Shown here: positions 6,777 through 13,230 of the stretch, piece after piece | Layout: the number at the start of each line of letters is the position of its first letter | Position numbering within the stretch: position 1 is the stretch's first letter | Source of the DNA: Minisyncoccales bacterium | GTDB taxonomy: Bacteria > Patescibacteriota > Minisyncoccia > Minisyncoccales > Minisyncoccaceae | Assembly (NCBI GenBank): GCA_049302695.1 | Contig: JBAQMJ010000015.1 | Span: 4,769-28,768 of the forward strand | Direction of reading: 5' to 3' | DNA: 24,000 nucleotides | Translations under genes and position numbers: made by a program | Notes under the pieces: model-generated | The model's database searches: none | What the model was told of the DNA's origin: nothing | Seen by the model: the letters and a program-made list of their open reading frames with translations, nothing else

Positions 6777-8117
6777 ATGGATAAACAAGATTTTAACAAC
6801 GACCAAATAAAAGAAAGTCTTTCGGCGTTGCAGAAATTTGCTTCGGTTCAGCCAAGTGATAACAAAGAGGAAAAGAAGAAGAAAAAAAAGAAAGAGCCGA
6901 GTGTTATTTCAGAAGCCAGTGGGGTGTGTATTTTGACCGACGGGTCTGGAAATGAGGTTGAGTCGGGCCAAGCAAAATTTGTTCTTGATGAAGAAAAGAT
7001 TTCCATTCTTTCAGAGAAAGGCCAGGCCACTCCTTTATTATTGAGAGACATTAGTGAGTTTATCGCCGAGGATTTTAAAATCAATTTGTTTCTTATCGGT
7101 GGAGGAAAAGCAGTGCTTTCTGAATTGGGATATCAATATGAAGACTTTGTTAGAGTTTTAAACAAACTCCGTCACGAAATATCTCAAAAGGAACTTTTAA
7201 TGAAAGAGGGGGGAATTAAAGGGAGCTATAAGGGAAGCTACAGTTATCGAAAAGGAGGAGAAGAAGAATCGGGAGAAGCGGAGGTTGAAGTCTCCGACAC
7301 GGGATTAGTGATAAAACCGAAACAAGGGAACTTGATCAGGGTTTCTTATGCTGAAATAGAGGATTTTTCCAATAAAGACTATGAGATATTAATTATTGCC
7401 GAATCGTTTGAGGTTTTATTATCTGGTTTTGGAGAATATTTTGATTCTTTAAATAATGCGATAAAGGAATCGTTGAATGAATTATCTTTAAAAACTCAGT
7501 CTATTCTTAAGGAGTTTTTGCCAGAACTAGATCCTTTGACTGTTAAAAAAGCAAGCGAGCTTTTGAGGGATGGCCAGGCGGTGAGCCGAGAAAAGATTGA
7601 TAAAGTTTCGTCATCAATCTGGGCGGGATTGGAGAAAAAATTGGCAATTCTGGAAATAAAAGAATCATATGACTATCTGATGTCTTTATCAAAAAACAAG
7701 CAGGTTTTCTTTGGAATCAAACGCGATCTAATGGGAGATTTAACAGGTGAATACGTTTGGTTTTTAATGCCAGTGAATTCCCAAAAGGGCAATAATTTCA
7801 TTGTCATGGAAGCGGCTTCAACTATAGAAGGTGGAGGTAAGGCCACATATTTTTTTAAGATTTCCGAAAAAGAAGATATAGACGAGCTAGTTAAGAAAAT
7901 AAATCGTTGCATGATTGCCATAAATTTCAGGCGGGAACCTATATATCTTAAAGCTGAAGATTTGGAAAAGCCAGAGTATTTGAAATACAAAACAGCCGTT
8001 AGCAGAATTCCTGAATTGAAACTCATTCGTCAACTTTTTGTCGGACGGGTTGTTCACGCTTCTCCGGAAGAATGGAAAGAGAACGTAAATAATCTTATGG
8101 CTGCTGAATCAAATTAA
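6777..8117 (+). CDS. hypothetical 446-aa protein with poly-K N-terminus, tandem PH-like duplication and an unassigned C-terminal domain
   Basis: Starts 2 nt after the upstream stop. Two colinear repeats, aa 63-131 (SGQAKFVL...ISEFIAEDFKINL...LSELGYQYEDF) and aa 165-233 (SGEAEVEV...IEDFSNKDYEILI...LSGFGEYFDSL). No enzyme motif recognised. Confidence 0.8.
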   Translation: MDKQDFNNDQIKESLSALQKFASVQPSDNKEEKKKKKKKEPSVISEASGVCILTDGSGNEVESGQAKFVLDEEKISILSEKGQATPLLLRDISEFIAEDFKINLFLIGGGKAVLSELGYQYEDFVRVLNKLRHEISQKELLMKEGGIKGSYKGSYSYRKGGEEESGEAEVEVSDTGLVIKPKQGNLIRVSYAEIEDFSNKDYEILIIAESFEVLLSGFGEYFDSLNNAIKESLNELSLKTQSILKEFLPELDPLTVKKASELLRDGQAVSREKIDKVSSSIWAGLEKKLAILEIKESYDYLMSLSKNKQVFFGIKRDLMGDLTGEYVWFLMPVNSQKGNNFIVMEAASTIEGGGKATYFFKISEKEDIDELVKKINRCMIAINFRREPIYLKAEDLEKPEYLKYKTAVSRIPELKLIRQLFVGRVVHASPEEWKENVNNLMAAESN

Positions 8118-8258
8118 TTGAAAAATTAATGACATAGATTCAAGTCGCTATTTATAGCCAGCTTTTGCTTTAGCTTATGTTTTTGGGCACTTTTGGTTAT
8201 TATTTTGATTTAGCAAAAATTATCTATCAATAAATCAAGAATTATCTGTTTTTAATAA

Positions 8259-8894
8259 TTGAAATTGTTGCCAATTTTAATTGTATTAATTTATATGCAG
8301 AATATAATGACAAAAATTGATAGGATAGCTTCGTGGATTCTGTTTATTACGATTATACTTTATGCCATCACTGGATATGGCATGACTAAGGGTCTGATTG
8401 ATTCCAATTTTTCTCGTACGTGGCATCTGGGATATCTGGGAGTTATCGGCTTGATTGCTTTTGTCATTCATACTTCATGGGCTGCACATCTATCCTTAAA
8501 GAGGAAAAACATTTGGAATGTTTATACAAAATCATTATTAGTTATTTTTTATCTATCTTTGATTTTTTTCTTTTGTTTTATGCAATTTTTCTATCAAGAA
8601 TCAAAAAGCAAAGAAATCGATCATCCAAAAACTACAATAGAGAATTCTGGAACATCTATTGATATAATAACAACTGTTTTTACAGCAGAAACTCTTAAGC
8701 AATACAATGGATTAAATGGACAGCCGGCATATATAGCTGTTGATGGTATCGTCTATGACGTATCGAGTCTTTTTGTGAATGGACAGCATTATGGATGCAA
8801 CGCAGGACAAGATGTAACAGATGAATTTGATGGCGAAAGAAGGCATAACGACAACATACTGGAAGGGTATACGGTAGTCGGAACCTATGAATAA
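8259..8894 (+). CDS. membrane-anchored cytochrome b5-like heme/steroid-binding (MAPR/COG4892-like) protein
   Basis: The C-terminus FTAETLKQYNGLNGQPAYIAVDGIVYDVSSLFVNGQHYGCNAGQDVTDEF matches the cyt-b5-like domain pattern. The N-terminal half has 3-4 TM helices with conserved His residues. The start is ambiguous: TTG 8259, ATG 8295 or ATG 8307. Confidence 0.75.
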   Translation: MKLLPILIVLIYMQNIMTKIDRIASWILFITIILYAITGYGMTKGLIDSNFSRTWHLGYLGVIGLIAFVIHTSWAAHLSLKRKNIWNVYTKSLLVIFYLSLIFFFCFMQFFYQESKSKEIDHPKTTIENSGTSIDIITTVFTAETLKQYNGLNGQPAYIAVDGIVYDVSSLFVNGQHYGCNAGQDVTDEFDGERRHNDNILEGYTVVGTYE

Positions 8895-8915
8895 TCTGTT
8901 TGTATTTTTTATTTG

Positions 8916-8924
8916 TGATATAAT
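8916..8924 (+). promoter_or_regulatory. extended -10 box (TGaTATAAT)
   Basis: Exact TGnTATAAT, 17 nt upstream of the ATG at 8942. Confidence 0.5.
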
Positions 8925-8941
8925 CTTCTTAAGATTAAATT

Positions 8942-9391
8942 ATGAATAAATATCCATTATCTCCTAAGGTATTTTTTGATATATACAGCAAAGTCCCACG
9001 TCTTTGTGTTGATTTGGTGATAAAATCTAATGAAGGGATTTTGCTTGCCAAGAGATCAATCGAGCCGTGCAATGGCTTTTGGCATTTGCCTGGCGGAATG
9101 ATTTTTAAAAAAGAAAAAATAGCTGATGCAATTTTGAGGGTGGCAAAAGAAGAAACGGGATTAGCTGTAAAGCCAAAGAAACTCCTTGGACATATAGAAT
9201 TTTTAAACGAAGTTCGTTCAAATACGGATATTAGGTTCCATAGTGTAAGTATTGCAATGGAAGTTAAGCCTATGAGTAATGATTTTAGTCCAGATGAGAA
9301 CGCTAGCGAACTTAAGTATTTTAAAAAGTTACCTAGTAAGATGATAAAGGAGCAAAAAGAGTTTTTGAAAACAATTTATTCAAACATTTAA
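8942..9391 (+). CDS. Nudix hydrolase (GDP-mannose mannosyl hydrolase/WcaH-like)
   Basis: Nudix box GGMIFKKEKIADAILRVAKEETGL (Gx5Ex7R..xEExG). The N-terminal VPRLCVDLVI...GFWHLPGG resembles the NudD/WcaH subfamily. Confidence 0.85.
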   Translation: MNKYPLSPKVFFDIYSKVPRLCVDLVIKSNEGILLAKRSIEPCNGFWHLPGGMIFKKEKIADAILRVAKEETGLAVKPKKLLGHIEFLNEVRSNTDIRFHSVSIAMEVKPMSNDFSPDENASELKYFKKLPSKMIKEQKEFLKTIYSNI

Positions 9392-9416
9392 ATCGGCTTT
9401 TGCCGATTTTTTGTTT
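9391..9416 (+). terminator. Rho-independent terminator
   Basis: AATCGGC-TTTT-GCCGATT (7-bp stem) followed by TTTTGTTT. It overlaps the Nudix stop codon. Confidence 0.8.
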
Positions 9417-9417
9417 G

Positions 9418-9426
9418 TGGTATAAT
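9418..9426 (+). promoter_or_regulatory. extended -10 box (TGgTATAAT)
   Basis: Exact TGnTATAAT directly after the terminator, 47 nt upstream of the ATG at 9474. Confidence 0.55.
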
Positions 9427-9473
9427 CAAAAGCATGATAAGGATTCATATAGAGTATAATAAATAATTAAATT

Positions 9474-10355
9474 ATGGAAAAAGTAGCTGTTATTGTTTGT
9501 AATTTTGCCTCAATTAATGATGAGACTATTAATAAGTATGGTATTGTTCCGATAATTTCTCAGCCATACTGGCCAGAGGAGAGTTCTTTAATTGGTGACA
9601 ATATCTTTCAAAAGATGAGGGATGCGCGCAAGAAAGGGATAAAATCAAGCCCTAAAACTTCTCAACCTTCTTTGGGAACTTTTAAGAAATATTTTGAAGA
9701 GGCGCTGAAGAATAACAATGAGGTTATTTGTATAACGATAAGTTCCAAGATATCGGGAACGTATAATGCCGCATTGCAGACTAAAAAGCTATTCAGTCCA
9801 GAAATTCAAAATAAAATACATATAATAGATTCTAATAATATTGATGCAGCAGAAAGCCTTTTAGCTATTAAGGCGTTTGAAATAATCAAGCAAGAAAATG
9901 ATATTGAAAAAATAATCAATATTGTCAGCTCGTATATTCCCAAGACATATTTCTATGGAATGACTGAGAACCCTGATCAAATGGAGGCTGGAGGAAGGAT
10001 AAGTCATGTCTTGGCGGTAGTTCTTTCTCAAATGCAAAAGCTGGGGATGAGGCCGATATTGCACATGGACGATGGGGTTGTTAAAGCAGCTAATCTTAAA
10101 ATGAATGCTAAAGATATTGCTGAAGCATTATTTAAACAGTTTGAAGATTTAAATAAAGAGTCATTGTCTAAAGGGAAGACTTATAGGGTTGCAATCAGCC
10201 ATGCAGACAATATTGCTGGCGCTGAAAAACTGAAATCTTTGTTTGAAAGCAAATATCCTTCTCAGGTTAAAATTGATTTTATAAGCATGACAGGTGTCTT
10301 TATTGGTTCCCACGTTGGTCCGGGAACTTTAATGTGTTGTACTCTAGAAGAATAA
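9474..10355 (+). CDS. DegV-family fatty-acid-binding protein
   Basis: Hallmark ITISSKISGTYNAA, plus HIIDSNN and the C-terminal HVGPGTL. The 293-aa length is typical. Confidence 0.9.
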   Translation: MEKVAVIVCNFASINDETINKYGIVPIISQPYWPEESSLIGDNIFQKMRDARKKGIKSSPKTSQPSLGTFKKYFEEALKNNNEVICITISSKISGTYNAALQTKKLFSPEIQNKIHIIDSNNIDAAESLLAIKAFEIIKQENDIEKIINIVSSYIPKTYFYGMTENPDQMEAGGRISHVLAVVLSQMQKLGMRPILHMDDGVVKAANLKMNAKDIAEALFKQFEDLNKESLSKGKTYRVAISHADNIAGAEKLKSLFESKYPSQVKIDFISMTGVFIGSHVGPGTLMCCTLEE

Positions 10356-10359
10356 AACA

Positions 10360-10830
10360 ATGAACAAGTACGTTTTTCCATATCAAGAGCAATTAGATAG
10401 AATAAAAAGATTAAAAGAAGAGATTGATCGTTTTTCAGTTGCTTCTGATGAAAACTTCAAAAGCGCTGTTGATGCTTTCACTTCATTTTTTATACAATGC
10501 TATCATTTGCGTGATTGGCTGGCTGAAAGCAGGTACAGCAGGAGAGATATAGATATTTTTGTTTCTGAAAGTCCATGGCTTTCTCTTTGCAAAGATTTAG
10601 CTAATAAGCAGAAGCACAAGAATATAGACAAGTATGAACCGCAGAATCATTTAGTCGAACACAGTATTCTCGGACTAAAGACGCCGATTATTTCCTATTA
10701 CGATCCCACTAAAGATCAAAAAAGGTTCGGAGTGGATGTCGAAGAGTTCGGAACCTTAATAGACGTAATCGAATTATCAGAAAGATGTATTGAGGAGTGG
10801 CAGAGATTCTTGTATATATATTCAATATGA
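10360..10830 (+). CDS. hypothetical alpha-helical protein (156 aa)
   Basis: Starts 4 nt after the DegV stop, and its TGA overlaps the next ATG (ATGA at 10827-10830). Contains CKDLANKQKH, only loosely reminiscent of a HEPN Rx4-6H motif. No family assigned. Confidence 0.65.
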   Translation: MNKYVFPYQEQLDRIKRLKEEIDRFSVASDENFKSAVDAFTSFFIQCYHLRDWLAESRYSRRDIDIFVSESPWLSLCKDLANKQKHKNIDKYEPQNHLVEHSILGLKTPIISYYDPTKDQKRFGVDVEEFGTLIDVIELSERCIEEWQRFLYIYSI

Positions 10831-11507
10831 ACAATAAAAAAATAAAAATAGAAAAGGACGGTCCATATCATGTTTCAGGCGACATTCTATTAGAAAAAGA
10901 ATTTGTTACAGCTGATAACAATAACGATCCTTTGGATTGGAAGAAAGGAGAAAAATATCAGACGAAAGGAGAATACAGTCTTTGTCGTTGCGGAAAATCA
11001 GGCAATAAACCGTTTTGTGATGGAAGCCACGCGAAAGGATTTGATGGTGCGGAAACTGCGAGCAAAGAAAGCTATGCTAATCAGGCTGAAAAGATTTCTG
11101 GACCAGGGATGGATTTAATGGATGCTCCCAATTTATGTTCTGGGGGTAGGTTCTGTCATCGACATGGAGGAACTTGGAATCTTACCCAAAAATCAGATAA
11201 TCCTGAAGCAAAAAAGATTGCTATTGAAGAAGCTTGCAACTGTCCCTCTGGAAGATTAAAGGCAATTGATAAAAAGACAGGTCAGCCGATTGAGCCAAAC
11301 TTCCTTCCGGCTATTAGTGTTACCGAAGATGTTCCTGCGCAAGTTAGCGGACCTTTATGGGTAAAAGGAGGGATTCCAATAGAGTCTTCTGATGGTTCAA
11401 TTTACGAGCCAAGAAACAGGCAAACGATTTGCCGTTGCGGAAAATCACGCAACAAGCCTTTTTGTGACGGAAGCCATATAGGAAGCAGATTTGACGACAA
11501 AAAATAA
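10827..11507 (+). CDS. CDGSH iron-sulfur domain protein (two CDGSH motifs)
   Basis: CRCGKSGNKPFCDGSH (nt 10983-11030) and CRCGKSRNKPFCDGSH (nt 11430-11477), with a central Cys/His cluster (CSGGRFCHRHGG...CNCPSG). N-terminal KIEKDGPYHVSG. The ATG at 10827 is preferred over 10797 because of the ATGA overlap with the upstream stop. Confidence 0.9.
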   Translation: MNNKKIKIEKDGPYHVSGDILLEKEFVTADNNNDPLDWKKGEKYQTKGEYSLCRCGKSGNKPFCDGSHAKGFDGAETASKESYANQAEKISGPGMDLMDAPNLCSGGRFCHRHGGTWNLTQKSDNPEAKKIAIEEACNCPSGRLKAIDKKTGQPIEPNFLPAISVTEDVPAQVSGPLWVKGGIPIESSDGSIYEPRNRQTICRCGKSRNKPFCDGSHIGSRFDDKK

Positions 11508-11580
11508 GCCAAATATCTTTTCGTTTGCTTTTAAATCATATTTAGCCTATAATGAGCCCCACAGGTTAATATATATAAAT

Positions 11581-12213
11581 ATGAAAAACTTCAACAACAT
11601 TTTTGAAAACGAGAAAAGAAACGGAGCCAGAGAAAGTGATTTTAAAAGAATGAAACCAGAAAGAAGAGAATTTAGCAATGATAGAGATAGAGAAAGACCT
11701 CAAATGCATGAGGCTGTTTGTAGTGATTGCGGCAAGAGATGCGAGGTTCCTTTCAGACCAACTGGCGATAAGCCCGTTTATTGCAGCCAGTGTTTTACAT
11801 CTCACGGAGGAGCTTCATCTTCAGATAGGTCAGACAGAAGGGGAGGAAGAGAAAGACCGAGATTCCAAGATAAAAGAATGTTTGACGCAACTTGTGCTAC
11901 TTGTGGAAAAAGATTTGAACTTCCTTTCAGGCCAACTGGAGAAAAGCCTGTTTACTGCAATGAGTGTTTTGACAGGGGAGGTAATGCTCCTACTACAGTT
12001 AAGAGCAATGTAAGCAATGAGCAATTCGAAATGTTGAATGCAAAGCTTGATAGAATCATTAAGGTTTTAATTCCTGTCGTTGCAGTAAAAGAAGAAAAGA
12101 AACCGGTGGTTGTTGAAAAGAAAGAAATTGTAATTGAAAAGAAAGAGAAAGCAAAAAAATCCAAAGTAGCAGCAAAGAAAGTCGTTGTTAAAAAGAAGAA
12201 AGCCAAAAAGTAG
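11581..12213 (+). CDS. tandem CxxC-x17-CxxC zinc-ribbon protein with polybasic C-terminal tail
   Basis: CSDCGKRCEVPFRPTGDKPVYCSQCF (nt 11719-11793) and CATCGKRFELPFRPTGEKPVYCNECF (nt 11893-11967). The tail is KKEKAKKSKVAAKKVVVKKKKAKK. The ATG at 11581 is preferred over the TTG at 11491, which lies inside the CDGSH gene. Confidence 0.8.
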   Translation: MKNFNNIFENEKRNGARESDFKRMKPERREFSNDRDRERPQMHEAVCSDCGKRCEVPFRPTGDKPVYCSQCFTSHGGASSSDRSDRRGGRERPRFQDKRMFDATCATCGKRFELPFRPTGEKPVYCNECFDRGGNAPTTVKSNVSNEQFEMLNAKLDRIIKVLIPVVAVKEEKKPVVVEKKEIVIEKKEKAKKSKVAAKKVVVKKKKAKK

Positions 12214-12217
12214 ATCA

Positions 12218-12241
12218 AAGGCCGACCAATAGTCGGTTTTT
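12218..12241 (+). terminator. Rho-independent terminator
   Basis: CCGAC-CAATA-GTCGG, extended by A/U and G/U pairs, followed by TTTTTG. Confidence 0.7.
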
Positions 12242-12263
12242 GTTTGTCTAAAAGTAAATACAA

Positions 12264-12283
12264 TGGTATGATTTGTATATAAT
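12264..12283 (+). promoter_or_regulatory. -10 boxes (TGgTATGAT and TATAAT) upstream of engB
   Basis: TGGTATGAT at 12264-12272 and TATAAT at 12278-12283. Confidence 0.45.
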
Positions 12284-12297
12284 TAATTTTAAAGTTT

Positions 12298-12363
12298 ATG
12301 GCAAAAGGAAATAATTCCAGAAAAAAGGAAACAAAAAAGCCAAAGAAAGACAAGAAGAAGTAG
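12298..12363 (+). CDS. possible 21-aa polybasic micro-ORF (MAKGNNSRKKETKKPKKDKKK)
   Basis: ATG lies 14 nt after TATAAT, with an in-frame TAG at 12361-12363. There is no SD, as for nearly all genes here. Its composition could be chance in an A-rich spacer. Confidence 0.25.
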   Translation: MAKGNNSRKKETKKPKKDKKK

Positions 12364-12435
12364 TCTAGGCTATTTTTGTTCGGAGCGTATCAGTGATACT
12401 GTTAAAGTATCTAATTTTTGTTAACTATATAGACT

Positions 12436-13008
12436 ATGAAGATAGAAACAGCACAATTTATAAAAGGAACGCTTGGTAATGATGAATCGCTTGAGAATGG
12501 TATTCCTCAGGTTGCTTTTATTGGTCGTTCTAATGCAGGCAAATCTAGTGTTATTAATTCTTTAGTTAATCAAAAAGATTTAGCTAAAACTAGTCCTTTT
12601 CCCGGAAGAACTCAGAAGATAAATATATTCTTAATTAATAACTCTCTGTATTTTATCGATCTTCCGGGCTACGGCTACGCTAAGGTTCCTGACAAGTTAA
12701 AGAAAAGCCTTAAAGGAATGGTCAATTGGTATTTTTTTATTTCTAACTATGAACAAAAGAAGGTTATCCTGATAATTGATGCTGATGTCGGTCCGACTAA
12801 AGATGACTTGGAAATGCTCTACGCTCTAGAAGACCACAGGAAAGATATTGTCGTTGTTGCGAATAAGATAGATAAAATAAAAAAATCTAAATACGAAGAG
12901 CAGTTCAAAACAATTAATGAACTTATCGGAAGCCATAAGATTATTCCTTATTCAGCAAAAAATAAAATAGGTGTAAATGAACTGTTGGAAGAAATATTTT
13001 CAGCATAG
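12436..13008 (+). CDS. engB: ribosome-biogenesis GTPase EngB/YsxC
   Basis: G1 GRSNAGKSSVINSL, G2 PGRTQKIN, the EngB-specific G3 DLPGYGYAKV, G4 NKIDK and G5 SAK. Confidence 0.92.
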   Translation: MKIETAQFIKGTLGNDESLENGIPQVAFIGRSNAGKSSVINSLVNQKDLAKTSPFPGRTQKINIFLINNSLYFIDLPGYGYAKVPDKLKKSLKGMVNWYFFISNYEQKKVILIIDADVGPTKDDLEMLYALEDHRKDIVVVANKIDKIKKSKYEEQFKTINELIGSHKIIPYSAKNKIGVNELLEEIFSA

Positions 13009-13032
13009 TTTTCTTTACATATTTTCTATTTA

Positions 13033-13041
13033 TGCTATAAG
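13033..13041 (+). promoter_or_regulatory. extended -10 box (TGcTATAAG)
   Basis: TG-n-TATAAG ends 7 nt before the ATG at 13049 and 189 nt before the ABC-F ATG. Confidence 0.45.
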
Positions 13042-13048
13042 TATGTAT

Positions 13049-13153
13049 ATGTCTGATAAAGAAGAAATATCAATAATTCCAACTATTTTATCCGCCATCA
13101 AGGGCGATTATTTAGCGTGGGAATGTGCTCGTCCTCTTATCTGGATGATTTAG
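13049..13153 (+). CDS. possible 34-aa leader/uORF upstream of ABC-F (MSDKEEISIIPTILSAIKGDYLAWECARPLIWMI)
   Basis: The ATG sits at the expected transcription start of the 13033 box, giving a leaderless configuration. The stop at 13151-13153 is 77 nt before the ABC-F ATG. It is below the ORF-track size cutoff. Confidence 0.3.
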   Translation: MSDKEEISIIPTILSAIKGDYLAWECARPLIWMI

Positions 13154-13230
13154 CGGGATATTTTTTCTTTTAACTAACTATGCTTTCTATCTTTGCTGAT
13201 ATGCAATCGGCAAATCTTTAATTTAAAATT

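Noticed and set aside
6882-6889. An A8 homopolymer in the 446-aa gene as a possible phase-variation or frameshift switch.
   Set aside because: It simply encodes part of a poly-Lys run. Comparable A7/T7 runs occur elsewhere in this AT-rich window (for example 5671-5677 and 23344-23350), and there is no alternative-frame ORF that a slip would open.
8218-8247. An AATTATCT direct repeat (22-nt spacing) as a regulator-binding site.
   Set aside because: An 8-nt AT-only repeat in AT-rich spacer is expected by chance. It is mentioned only as context for the cyt-b5-like gene.
10570-10640. Calling the 156-aa protein a HEPN RNase or toxin on the basis of LANKQKH.
   Set aside because: The canonical Arg of Rx4-6H is missing, there is no partner antitoxin-like gene, and the operon context is metabolic (DegV, CDGSH). 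It is kept only as a weak hypothesis.
10797-10826. The longer start for the CDGSH gene (MAEILVYIFN...).
   Set aside because: It would overlap the upstream gene by 34 nt. The ATG at 10827 forms an ATGA stop/start overlap, and the conserved KIEKDGPYHVSG N-terminus begins right after it.
11491-11580. A TTG-initiated 30-codon extension of the CxxC-x17-CxxC gene.
   Set aside because: It starts inside the CDGSH gene with a rare TTG codon. The extension (TTKNKPNIFSFAFKSYLAYNEPHRLIYIN) looks like translated spacer, and the ATG at 11581 is the first Met.
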